Below are positions 49,248 to 61,910 of a stretch of 64,000 bases of DNA, in pieces (positions within the stretch are counted from its first letter, which is position 1; each line of letters opens with the position of its first letter). Location of the stretch: contig NC_042998.1 in assembly GCF_006345805.1 (NCBI RefSeq), positions 189,410,001 through 189,474,000 of the forward strand. Direction: 5' to 3'. The translations under genes were made by a program, and so were the position numbers. The notes under the pieces were generated by a model. The model saw only the letters and a list, made by a program, of their open reading frames with translations, had not been told where the DNA came from and ran no database searches. The stretch is from Octopus sinensis (taxonomy: Eukaryota).

Positions 49248-49411
49248 TAAAATTATAAATTAGGGTATCTATGAGATACCACCATGCTGAAAATAGCAGC
49301 CATGATCTGACTTTAAAACCACCATGGACAATTAAGGTGGTTTTAGAGTTAGATCATGGCTGCTATTTTCAGCATGGTGGTATCTCATAGATACCCTAAT
49401 TTATAATTTTA
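49248..49411. repeat. Hairpin with 76-bp arms and a 12-nt loop inside a (TA)n-flanked element
   Basis: tagggtatctatgagataccaccatgctgaaaatagcagccatgatct and its reverse complement. Confidence 0.92.
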
Positions 49412-50119
49412 TATATATATATAATAGAAATAATTTCTTAAAAATCAATGTTATGTTATGCAATGGATACTAAAGATATCATTTTCATATTATATGTGTT
49501 GTTTAAAAGAACAGCTATGAATCTTATTTGGAATATAAAAAAATAGGTTTTATTTTCATTGTGAAAGGTACTGCCAAATGTAGAATTATGACTCACCTAT
49601 TATTCTAGTATGATAGGTCACTTCATGTGTGACCTATTAGCACATCTGTTTATCAGCATACAAACAAAAGTATATCTCAATAAGTAAAGTATGTGAAGAG
49701 ATGAGAAAAAGAGAGAGAGAGAGAGAGAGAAAGAGAGGATTGCTGTACTAGAGTTTTTCTATATCTTGTTCGTTACATCCCTATTCTGAGTTCTAATACC
49801 TTTAAAGTTGCCTTTCATGCATTTGTTTAATATCCCATTTTCTTCCTGTATTAGCAGATGCATCCTTCATTTATTTTAAGAGAACTGAGCAAGATTTGAG
49901 GAAATTTGGATGCTATTTCTAACATGTTGGGCAACTGAGTTCACAATCTTTGTTTTCTGGAGTAGTTGTAATATATACTAGGGTGAGTAACTGGCAGAAA
50001 TAATAAAGTAACGGTCTAAATATCTTGCAGTATATAGTTTTGTTCTGTTACATAACATATTCAAATTTCTTAGAGTCCAACTTTTATCCTCAAAGTTGAT
50101 AAAATAGATACCAGATATA

Positions 50120-50475
50120 TAGAAATTGTAGTTGTGATACCTGTGCTGGTGGCACGTAAAAAGCACCATCCAAATGTCGCTGATGCCAGTGCCGCCTTGA
50201 CTGGCTTCTGTGCCACTGGCACGTAAAAAACACCAACCAATCGTGGCCGCTGCCAGCCTCGCCTGGCACCTGTGCCGGTGGCACACAAAAAGCACCCACT
50301 ACACTCACAGAGTGGTTGGCATTAGGAAGGGTATCCAGCTGTAGAAACACTGCCAGACCAGACTGGAGCCTGGTGCAGCCTCCTGGCTTCCCAGACCCCA
50401 GTTGAACCGTCCAACCCGTGCTAGCATGGAAAACGGACGTTAAATGATGATGATAATGATGATGATGATGATGAT
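50120..50475 (+). mobile_element. RTE 3'-end repeat
   Basis: Family core. Confidence 0.85.
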
Positions 50476-51502
50476 ACTAGGGTGAATTCAGTTGACTATA
50501 CTCTCCACTATATATGCATTGATCCGTTATGTCTCACATACTCTTTTATTGTTTCAAGCAGCTGAGTCAGTGATATCTTGAAGCACCACCATCAAGAAAC
50601 AAGAAACCCACTGATGAGCCTCAGCATGGTCGTTAGATCTGCTAAAAATAGCAGCTAAATCTCCCTAAAATTACCTATTACCATCTTTAAATAAAGAAAT
50701 TATACAATGGAGTTCTAGATATACCCTTAAAACAAGATGGTCATGGCTGGAACATTTTGCTTATAGGTTTGCTTGATCGATGTTGACTCAAGGGTAAGCA
50801 ACAATAAATGCACTGCCTTTATAAAAAAAAAAGTGAAAAATAAAATTTATATATGTCAAGGATGAGATAGTATGACTTAAAATCTGTTTGGTTGTAGATT
50901 AGAAAGTCTATTTAACTAAGTCTGTTTCATAGTTTTATAAACATATGGTTTTTAGGCTCAATCCCACTGCATAGCTTGTTGAGTGTAACTTAGCAGAAGC
51001 TTGCTGGAAGAACTATTCTTGTACTTGGTTGGTTGGTAGACATAATCCATCACCTGGTTTAATATTTCACCTGATTTGTGTATGTCTTTAGCAGGTATAC
51101 ACTCTGTTGCAAGCATTCAGGCCAGTCTCTGGTCTGAGAATAATGTCTTCTCCATTCACCAGTGTGGTGCTCTGAAAGTGACCATAAGTACTGCCCATCT
51201 TCCAATGACTAAGCCATTACAAAAATCCCTAGAGGTTGTTGACAAATAAGATGCTTTATGTTAGCTTTTTATGGTTCTTCAAGCTTTTAAGTTCAACACT
51301 TGCTTCTGTAAAAGACTCAATGACAACTCAGATTGGCCCTAAATGAGCAGACCTATGATCAAAGAAATCCTAGCCATGATAATTTTTTTTTTAAACATAG
51401 AGTATCTCAGACTACAATATTAGACATGATCTCCCTTCCTTACTTTAAAAAAAAATTCACTATGGTGTGGTTTGAGGATGAGTTTTGGCTGTTAATTTAG
51501 CT

Positions 51503-52132
51503 CAGTGGTTCTCAATTGGGATCCATATGGCCCTTCGGAGTCTCTGTAAGAAGAAGAAGAAGAAGAAGAAGAAAAAGAAGAAGAAAAAAAGAAGAAGAAG
51601 AAAAAGAAGAAGAAGAAAAAGAAGAAGAAGAAGAAGAAGATGATGATGATGATGATGATGATGCTAGTATACTAAAAATCCATTCAAATGACTATACACT
51701 TCCTGTTTCCATATAATTAGCATCATCATCATCATCGTCGTTTAACGTCCGTTTTCCATGCTAGCATGGGTTGGACGGTTCGACCGGGGTATGGGAAGCC
51801 AGGAGGCTGCACCAGGCTCCAGTCTGATCTGGCAGTGTTTCTACAGCTGGATGCCCTTCCTAATGCCAACCACTCTGTGAGTGTAGTGAGTGCTTTTTAT
51901 GTGCCACCAGCACAGGTGCCAGGCGAGGCTGGCAATGACCACAATCTCTGTAAGATGTCATTTTAAAAATTTATCTGCAATAAATTGCTTAAACTTCTAC
52001 AATACACAAAATATTCTAACAATTTTTTGATACAATTCCTAATAATATTTAATGATAAAAATATAAAATGATTTTTTAAAGTAATATAAGAATCAAAGGG
52101 ATCCATAGGTAAAAAATAGTTGAGAAACACTG
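51503..52132. mobile_element. hAT/Charlie-like MITE interrupted by a composite RTE insertion (51552-51944)
   Basis: TIRs cagtggttctcaa and ttgagaaacactg, insertion TSD tctctgtaaga. A related partial MITE starts at about 55329. Confidence 0.75.
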
Positions 52133-53313
52133 CTCTCACTGATCAAGTGGCTCAACTTAATGAAGTAGATTATAGATGTTGCACTATATTCCTGGAAGAA
52201 ACATTTTACGCCTTCTACCTAAGATCTTATCAAGAGATTTAAAATGAATCATTCTTCCAAAGTCTCATTATGTACATACCTATATGTGTAATCCAGGTAG
52301 ATCATTAATTTAAATTTAGTTTTAGTACAAGGTCTATGCTTAGTCATATTCAAGACCAGTTTCTGTTTTGTCAACATAATTGCTAATTATATGGAAACAG
52401 GAAGTGTATAGTCATTTGAATTGATTTTTAGTATACTAGCATATCTGCTAGTATTACTAATGATAGGAAATGGCACATTAAAACTATGTGAGAAACCATT
52501 GATACCTGTCAGCTGTTGAGTAAATATATGTACATACACAGAAGTGAAGCACTTTGACCATCAGATATAGTTGTAACATTTTGGTTGAAAATATTATCAA
52601 CCACATAATAAATGAAACATCCACTTTTCCATACTTGCAAGGTTCAGAGATTCTGTTCAGATGGATACTCTCCCTGTCACCAACCCTTATATCAAAAATG
52701 CAGCCTCTTCCTCCTCATGCTACAAAATATTAAATTACCATTTTTATAAATGCAGACATGGTGGTTGTGTGGTAAGAAGTTTGCTTTCCAACCACATGGT
52801 CTCAGGTTTAGTCCCACTGAGTGGAACCTTGAGCAAGAGTCCTCTACTACAGCCCCAGGTTAACCAAAGCCTTGGGAATGGATTTGGGAGACAGAAACTG
52901 AAAGAAACCTGTCATCCTGTCATGTATATATATATATGACAGGCTTCTTTCCTTCCTCAGTTCATGACTGATGCTGCAGCAAGAAAAGGATTTTGAGAAG
53001 TCAGCCTACAGTCACTGCAGGATTGCTAACAGGGCTTGAACTAGCATTTAGGAATGACTAATGAATCATAGATTACTACTCCAACTTCCCTTCCTAAATC
53101 CAAACCTTAAAAAAGACAAAAATGAAAATTGTACTCCTGTTCCTCTCAGCATTAACTCTTTGACATTTCTTTCATACCTACACACCTACAGATGTTCAAA
53201 TATTTTAAGGTGGCACTAGAAAGTTATAGGCACAAATCTCTCCCACATGACTAGACTTATAAAAAAAAAGAAATGGCTTGAATTATTCATCATAGATCTG
53301 ATATATTCATTAA

Positions 53314-54795
53314 CTAGCTGAATTACCTGGCATTGCCTTGGATACTGCTGTTCTTATTGAGATTAGTAAACAATAAATATGCAGGTATATATTTTTCCCA
53401 TAATTATTTCAAGATATCTATATTTTATTAAAAAATATAGAAATTGTAACAATAATAGAATTTAGAACTGAAAATCTGTCAACCTTAAAGCACCTTAGGG
53501 TAAACAATATTCATTGTGAAATTTTTTGTTGGTGTTCAAATGAATAAATTGTTGCTGCTAAATGGAACATCTGTAGGTATGAGAGGATATTTTGGAATAA
53601 AGACATTTTCTTCTTTGTGACTACTTGTTATGATTGCTGCCTGTAGGACATGGGGCTTCATAGAAGTAACAATTAAGTGAGTTCCATTACACAGGCAAGA
53701 TTCCTAAGCAACCTAATGGGAGTATCCAGCTTTAGTGTCAAGTTATGCGGTGGCACCCCAGTAGGATTAAGTGTGTTCAGAAATTCAACAGGATATTGAA
53801 CAGCCTGATCATAACTGACTCTTGATAGAAAAGTCATTTCTGATGTATCTGTTAAATTTTGAAGAGGTTCATGATTGAGTACATCAACCATTTCATTAGT
53901 TAGAATCAGTATAGCTCTTTCACATAGCCAAGTTACATCAGTATAATTGACAATCACACATACATTCACACACACATACATTCTCTCATACACTGACACA
54001 TACACTCACGTACACATACTAAGACAGACAGACACAAACATACATTTATGTAACAAATGTACAAACATACACACTCACAGACATACATACTCATATACAA
54101 AATGTGTCATGATGGTGGTATAAAATATCCTTTACTATCTCATATGTAATGAACGTGCAAAAACACACACACTTATATACAAAATTTGTGGTGGTGGTGG
54201 TGGTATAAAATGTCCTTTACTATGTCATATGTTACAAACATGCAAACACACATACACTGACAGACACACACACTCATATACAAAATGTGTCATCATCGTT
54301 GTTGTTGTGGTATAAATGTCCTCTAGTATCTCGTACGTAAGGACGGCACAAACACATATACACGCTCACAGATGCATACACACACATATACAAAATGTGT
54401 CGTCATCTTCATTGTTGTGGTATAAAATGTCCTTTACTATCTCATACGTAATGAATGTGCAAACACACACACTCTGAGAGGCATATACACACTCATATAC
54501 AAAATGTGTTGTCATCATGATATAAAATGCGCGTTATGTCGTACATAATGAATGTGCAAATACACACACAGACACACTCATACACGCTCTTATACAAAAT
54601 GTGACGTTGTCATCATCATCATTGTGGTATAAAATGTCCTTTACTATAGTTGACTATAGAAAGATTATCTCTAGATAAAGTTATATTTTAATTCAAATGA
54701 AAATAAAAATTGTGTTGTAAAATTTGATTTGATTAGGTGGAGCCATTTAAGAATGCATAGGGAATAGACAGACAGAGAGACAAATAATTTTATAT
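53314..54795 (-). mobile_element. Deleted Helitron with a Pif1-like helicase remnant and a ~115-bp minisatellite
   Basis: WLCERAIL...YPVEFLNTLNPTGVPPHNLTLKLDTPIRLLRNL, VFIPK..LIPTDVPF, 3' hairpin plus CTAG, tandem units at about 54000-54650. Confidence 0.85.
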
Positions 54796-54796
54796 G

Positions 54797-55016
54797 CAGG
54801 GTTGGCCAAAAGTCACCTGACAGTAAATAAAAAAAACCATTTAATTCCAAGATATATTTATGTTTAACAACTGAATGAATTTAATAAAAGCATCTAAATA
54901 CGAAACATCATGAAAATTGTTCAAACTGAAGTCTTTCTTGAATGACTCCATTCGAGTCAATACAGATAGTATTTATGGAATTTTGATTTACTGTTGGGTG
55001 ACTTTTGGCCAACCTG
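54797..55016. mobile_element. Tc1/mariner-type MITE
   Basis: ~30-bp TIRs cagggttggccaaaagtcacc and ggtgacttttggccaacctg, TA at the right end. Confidence 0.82.
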
Positions 55017-55057
55017 TATATAGAGATATATAGATAGAGATAGATAGAAAGAGAGAG

Positions 55058-55105
<48 letters not shown>

Positions 55106-57589
55106 GAGAGGAAAGGAGGGAGGGCAAATGAGAAGACTGAAAATTATAATCCCTTTAACTAGAAATGCGTGTCTGTCATAGTGGTTGTACCAAAGTAGTC
55201 ACTCTCCTCTATGACAGTTGACTGCATCAGGCCCAGGAAGTGGGAAATGACTCTCACATAGGCTAAGCAATGTTTTGTGACTGGTTTATCCAATGTTTCA
55301 ACAATGATGAATGTTCCATCATGTTGTGCAGTGTTTCTCAACCATATCTTTTTTACCTGTGGACCCCTTTAATTCTTATTTTACCCCGTGGGGTTCCCCA
55401 TAAGCCATTTGATGCTAAAAAAAAATCCAGTTATATTTTTATAATTAAATATTATTAAAGTTTAATTTGTCAAAATATTTTCGTTGCTTTAAGACCTGTT
55501 AAAAAATTGTTGAGATGAAGAGAGAGAGAGTGGGGGGGGCGTGAGAGGGGGTGAGAGAGAAGGTAAATGAATAAATGCAGGTGTCATTAACTATGTTGGA
55601 TTTTTAAGTTATTAGCCAAGGAGTCATGGCATGCCAAAGAATGTTAGTGTAAACAAGTCTACTTGTTGAAAATAATTGACCCTGAACTTAACCCAATTTC
55701 ATGCATGACTACATCTCTCCCCACCTGCCATCAATCTAGCACTGTCTGACCCTTGCTGGCAGTCTCCTCTTTCTATGAGTTTCTTGTCTGTTCTAACTTG
55801 TTGTTTAAAGCCCATTATTTATAAGCTGTGATAAATCAAATTATATAATCAACAATTTTTGTTATGTTAAGGTACAGTTGTTCATTGGCTAGATTTTTGC
55901 TGATGTCATCACTCCCACCCCACAAGATGTTTTAATTGATTCACATATACCAAGCTGTTTCCAAGTATTCTAATTGAATAAAAAAATATTCTGGCTTGAT
56001 TTGAGGTAGCAACTTAATAAGGTTAACTGAAACTTGAGAATGATCAAATCTGCATGCTCCTTGCTCTGGCAGTATTTTGTGAGTGAGAGAGACAAAAAAA
56101 GAAAGGAAGAGATAGAAAGAAAGAGAGAGAGAGAGAGAGAAGAGAGAGGAGAAGGAGAACGACTTTGAGTTTACTATATAGAGCTAGAGCTTGGCTGAGT
56201 GTTACTGCTTTCTTCTTGGTTTTATAAACATTTTTTAAGAGTTGCTGAAGCATGGAACAAACTGCCGGCATCAAAACTTCCATGCTTCCTGAGATTCACC
56301 AACACTACACCCGATTTTCTCCCCTCCATACACATGCAAGCATGTATCTGACTCATACACTGTTCACTCTCCAGACATTTGTACATTACTGCATATGCTT
56401 TATACGCACTTTTTGACAAGTTGTGGTGCACCTGAGCACTGTATACAATAATTTCATTATTATAAACCAGTGAAATACAGTGAATGGCTAAAATTTCCCT
56501 TGGTTGCATGAAGGTTATTACAGTGGTTTTAGGGTGGTCCTGGCTTGTCTTCTGTTATAATCTCATTCATATCTAGAATGCATTACAGGAATATAAACTG
56601 CTCCTGTAAATGACTAGTACATTGACTTTAGACTAGTACGTTGACTTTAGAAGGTGAAGGTAGATGTGACCCTTACTGGATTTGAATATATGAAGGGTCA
56701 TAACTAATACTTCAGGGAATTTTGTTTGCTGATCTACTGATTCAGCTAATCTATAAATTTTTGATGTTAAATTGAGGGAAATGCAGAGGTACATTATGTC
56801 AGATTTAGAAAACTGTTTTCTGATTGGGTAAAATGAAAAGATTGTTAAATCTGAAGCTCAATAATTGGTATTTGCAATCAATTTCCCCTATCTAAAGATC
56901 TACTAAATACATAAATGTATGTTTTCTCTTGATCTAGGAACAGTGCTACTCGAATCAATCTCAGAATATTACTGAGACTTATCTACTTCAAAAGAAAGGA
57001 CATGACCAACCCACATGAAACATGAACTCAGATAACAGAATAATGATATAAAACTCTTTTGTGTTACTATTTTTGACAGCTAGCTAGTAAACACTTATAA
57101 AAATTATCTCTAACTTTTACTAAAATAAAATCACAATTTAAAAGAAATTTATCTAATGTTATCATATGTTCATTAAGTGTATCTACAAGATAAAACATCC
57201 CGTTTTTAGCTTAGTAGATTGAACTTTAAAAAAAAATATCTTTGTTACTTATTTTGGAATTAAAAAAAAAATTTTATTACTAAATGTAAACACTGATAAT
57301 ATTTGCTGTACTTTTCTCCAATCACATTAATTCTTATCAGCATAAGTAGTTTATTTTTTGCTTCACAATATTATTATTATTGTTGTTCCCTGTGAATGGT
57401 CACGTTTCACATAGCCTTGCACAGAAAATATTTCCTCTGTATAAAAAAATAAAGCTACTTGCTGCTCTTTTCACCAATAAAGGGTTTTGAAACATTTGAA
57501 CATCAAAGAAAAGGGCTGCCTTTTGACATTTTTAAAGCAATTATATATTTTGACAAGTCACCAACATTAGAGAAAATGCTTTGTGGTAT

Positions 57590-57822
57590 TTCTTATTTCT
57601 TTACTACCCACAAGGGGCTAAACATAGAGGGGACAAACAAGGACAGACAAAAGGATTAAGTTGATTACATCAACCCCAGTGCATAACTGGTGCTTAATTT
57701 ATCAACCCCGAAAGGATGAAAGGCAAAGTCGACCTTGGTGGAATTTGAACTCAGAATGCAGCGGCAGACGAAATACCACAAGGCATTTCGCCCGGTGTGC
57801 TAACATTTCTGTCGGCTTGCCA
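57590..57822 (-). mobile_element. Meta-type tRNA SINE
   Basis: Family match, head-to-head with the copy at 58260-58495. Confidence 0.85.
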
Positions 57823-58259
57823 TTTTGTGATATTTCTTTTGGCTTTTTGCACTCTGAGTTTAAATCCTGCCAAAGGCAACTTTGCCTTTTATCCCTCCAG
57901 GGTCAACAAAATAAAGAGCAAAGATACCAAATATGAATGTTTTCAAGTCAACCATACTAACTTCAACCTTGGAAGTGAAGTAGTGGCAAAAAGTGAAAGC
58001 ATTCTAGTAGCAGATACCAAACAAAATACATAATTATATGCATTACTTCCATGTAGTAATTAAGATTAATTAAACTGGCTAATTAATTACTGTTTTATTG
58101 CATTTTATAAACATGAAACTCTAAAGTTGATTAAAATGACTTAATTACTATTTTATAGTATATTTGGTTTCTAGAGTAACAGTGATCATAGGTCTGAAGC
58201 AAGAGCAAATAAAACTGCCTTTTTAGTGCCATCTGTGTCACAGGCTATTGATAACAGAG

Positions 58260-58495
58260 AAGCGGCAAGCTGACAGAAACGTTAGCATGTCGGGCGAAAT
58301 GCTTAGCGGTATTTTGGCTGCCGATACGTTATGAGTTCAAATTCCGCCGAGGCCGACTTTGCCTTTCATCCTTTCAGGGGTCGATAAATTAAGTACCAGT
58401 TACGCACTGGGGTCGATGTAATCGACTTAATCCGTTTGTCTGTCCTTGTTTGTCCTCTCTGTGTTTAGCCCCTTGTGGGTAATAAAGAAGTAGGT
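58260..58495 (+). mobile_element. Meta-type tRNA SINE
   Basis: Family match. Confidence 0.85.
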
Positions 58496-58640
58496 AAGGT
58501 TCTCTTTCAAGGATAGTACCAGCTGGAGTTACAATCAACAGTCTTGTCATAGTGGAGCAGGGTACATGGAAACTGGAGAATAGTGGGAAACTACTGAGAA
58601 AGAATAAAGGGGATAACAAAAAGAATAAATACACACACAA

Positions 58641-58818
58641 GGCGCAGGAGTGGCTGTGTGGTAAGTAGCTTGTTTACCAACCACATGGTTCCGGGTTCAG
58701 TCCCACTGTGTGGCACCTTGGGCAAGTGTCTTCTACTATAGCCTCGGGCCGACCAAAGCCTTGTGAGTGGATTTGGTAGACGGAAACTGAAAAGAAGCCC
58801 ATCGTATATATGTATATA

Positions 58819-58892
<74 letters not shown>

Positions 58893-59125
58893 TGTGTGTT
58901 TGTGTGTCTGTGTTTGTCCCTCTAGCATTGCTTAACAACCAATGCTGGTGTGTTTATGTCCCCGTTACTTAGCTGTTCGGCAAAAGAGACCGATAGAATA
59001 AGTACTGGGTTTACAAAAAAAGAATAAGTCCCGGGATCGAGTTGCTCGATTAAAGGCGGTGCTCCAGCATGGCCGCAGTCAAATGACTGAAACAAGTAAA
59101 AGAGTAAAAGAGTAAGAGTAAAGAG
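58641..59125 (+). mobile_element. Full-length tRNA-derived SINE family A with long internal (TA)n
   Basis: Head ggcgcaggagtggctgtgtggtaag and (gagtaaaa)n tail. Confidence 0.9.
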
Positions 59126-59424
59126 TACAAGGCAAGAAAGAGACAGGAAGTTCCTAATGATGAGGTGCCTACTCTGGATTCCAAAAGACAAACCAACCAA
59201 ACTTAATACTGATCCTAATGAAAACCAAATTGAATAATATGTTGACTGAGGGGATGGAGGTCAGTGGTTTATCAAACCTAAGCAGTCATGTTCAGAAGGC
59301 ATGTCATGCCTTCATGGTTCAGTTAAGGCTGAAATTGAAGAAGGTAATTGGAACAGAAGCTAACAGGTTGTGGAGTGTCTTGATCCAACCTATATGATGG
59401 CTTCTCATCCTTGTATGGCTGTTT

Positions 59425-59690
59425 AAGTTAAGTTAATTTTTTGGCCCAAAAAGCAAGGCCATGTAGGGGGACATGGAGTTATGTACAGGGGTGTTCATGC
59501 AAAGAGTTCAGGCCATTTCTGGTCAAGAGAGACTTTGAACCGAGCGGTCATCGGCATCTTCATTATCTCAGCTTATTCCACGGATCCGCAACCCGGACAG
59601 AGAAAGCCCCTCTCCTTCGATTGAGATGAAATTGTTGCAGATAGAGCTTTACGGAGTGACCCCGCAGCCTACGCTCTGGAGCAGGAGTGT
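59425..59690 (-). mobile_element. CR1-clade LINE 3' end (second family) with (AACTT)n tail
   Basis: RLRGHSVKL...RRRGAFSVRVADPWNKL...FKVSLDQKW. Confidence 0.85.
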
Positions 59691-59789
59691 TTGGTCTTAT
59701 TTGTATTTGTTTTCTGTGCTAAAATTTCAATGTGTTTTAATATTTTGTATTACATTTTTGTAATATCAAGTAAAGTTTGTTATATTGTA

Positions 59790-60650
59790 TACATAAATTA
59801 TAAAGACAAACCACCGCCAAATCATCAAAGATGCCAATCAGCCAAAATCTAAAAAAAAAAAATGATGAAGATTGAATGTATTAAATGAAAGAGAATGGTT
59901 GGTGGTAATTGGTACCACTGTCAACCTTACCTTGTTAGAAAACTGGATGGCACAACTCATGGTAAAAAAATAGTGATCGTTAACATTGTAAGGAAAAATA
60001 TGTCTCAACATCGTTTTTGCCATTATTACAGGCTGACTGGATGCCATTTTTGAAATAGAAAATCCCTTTCAAGACCTGATAATATTAGACAATAAAATGT
60101 GCAGTGATGAATTTAGAGAAGTTTCTATCTGTATTTTAGAATACAGGAACATGAAGATATTACTTCTAGGGAAATTTAAAACTAAAATCATAACATGATA
60201 CCTACTTTGTTATAACTTCCTTCTATTGGAATGATCTGTACTGACACAGATGATGTAGTAATAGCTCTGAATATTTTCTTCTATATCACAATGCAATCCC
60301 AGATGTAGAAATCTAGATTTTGTTCAAAACTGAAAAGAAACAAAAATGACCTCCCTCAACAACATTAGAAGTAAAAGTGCCCTTTCATGGTTTCTCTGAA
60401 TTAAACAGTACATCAGTTCTCATGACAAAGGACAGTGTTCTACACATCATAGAAACTAATTTGCAGTTGCTGCAAGCATTCCAAATCATTATTATCAAAC
60501 ACTGAAAGACATTGTGAGACATATTGTGTGAAGGTTGTACTCCAATGAATTTTGCATTGTTGATACAAATTTTGATCTCTGGATGATAAAGATATCCTAT
60601 CACAAGACCAGAGAATACTTCAAGTGATAAGTTGAATCAGACATTCGAAA
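59790..60650 (+). mobile_element. Probable highly decayed Academ (XPG-nuclease type) DNA transposon
   Basis: Collinear remnants SKMPISQN, IGTTVNLTLLENWM, EIENPFQDLIILD, ICTDTDDVVIAL and PFHGFSELNSTS resemble recalled Academ motifs. Confidence 0.5.
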
Positions 60651-60730
60651 GGTCCTCAAACAAAGCATTTAGATTGTGACTCATGACCTGATGATGTCTC
60701 TGTTGTACACATACACACACATGCATACAT

Positions 60731-61040
60731 ATATCACTGTGAACACCGTGACCGACCAGGCTATCAGATGTTGTTACACATCGCTGGTCACAATGTGCTT
60801 CGCTTGTTTTAGCCTTCAAGTGACGTCACCCCGCTGGCTAAGCGAGCAGGCCAACAGAAGAAAGAGTGAGAGAAAGTGGCGAAAGAGTACAACAGGGGTC
60901 CCCACCACCCCCTGCCGGAGCCTCATGGAACTTTAGGTGTTTTCGCTCAATAAACACTCACAATGCCCGGTCTGGGAATCGAAACCGCGATCCTTCGACC
61001 GCGAGTCCGCTGCCCTAACCACTAGGCCATTGTGCCACCA
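60731..61040 (-). mobile_element. tRNA-derived SINE family B with a third tail type
   Basis: Head aatggcctagtggttagggcagcggactcgcggtcg...ggtttcgattcc. Confidence 0.85.
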
Positions 61041-61047
61041 CGCATAC

Positions 61048-61085
<38 letters not shown>

Positions 61086-61169
61086 TATTTGAGACAAAAT
61101 ATATATATATTTTGATTTTTTGATTTTTTTCCAGTTTCAGCTAATGAGCTGTGGCCATGCTGGGGCACC

Positions 61170-61208
<39 letters not shown>

Positions 61209-61212
<4 letters not shown>

Positions 61213-61539
61213 CCTTGACTGGCTTCTGTGCCGGTGGCACGTAAAAAGCACCATCCGAACATGACCGATGCCAGCGCTGCCTTGACTGGCTTCTGTGCCA
61301 GTGGCACGTAAAAAGCACCAACCGATCGTGACCGCTGCCAGACTCCCCTGGCACCTGTGCCAGTGGCATATAAAAAGCACCCACTACACTCACGGAGTGG
61401 TTGGCATTAGGAAGGGCATCCAGCTGTAGAAACACTGCCAGATCAGACTGGAGCCTGGTGCAGCCTCCTGGCTTCCCAGACCCCGGTCGAACCGTCCAAC
61501 CCATGCTAGCACGGAAAACGGACATTAAACGATGATGAT
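61209..61539 (+). mobile_element. RTE 3'-end repeat
   Basis: Family core. Confidence 0.85.
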
Positions 61540-61609
61540 ATCTGTAAATGTAATATGTGACAATTATTTGGCAGCCAAGATAAAACTCTGAGTTTTGGAT
61601 GCTGAGGTG

Positions 61610-61670
61610 GATAACTGAAGAGATGGTGGTGTGGATTTCCACCTCAGCGTCTGAAACTCAGAGTTTTATC
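61610..61670 (+). ncRNA. Type I hammerhead motif (partly decayed stem II) inside the fold-back repeat 61539-61710
   Basis: gataa CTGAAGA [stem II] GAAA ctcagag TT ttatc. Confidence 0.6.
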
Positions 61671-61774
61671 TTGGCTGCCGAATAATTGTCACATATTACA
61701 ATTACAGATAAATTCCTCTATTTTCATAATATCGAGGTCTCTTTCTTTCTTTTGTTATCTTACCGTTTTTACCA

Positions 61775-61835
<61 letters not shown>

Positions 61836-61875
61836 GTAATAATAATAATGAAATTATTGTATACAGTGCTCAGGT

Positions 61876-61910
<35 letters not shown>

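Noticed and set aside
50621-50645. CTGATGA hammerhead-like start (also at 28077 and 18140)
   Set aside because: No properly placed stem II, GAAA and stem I.
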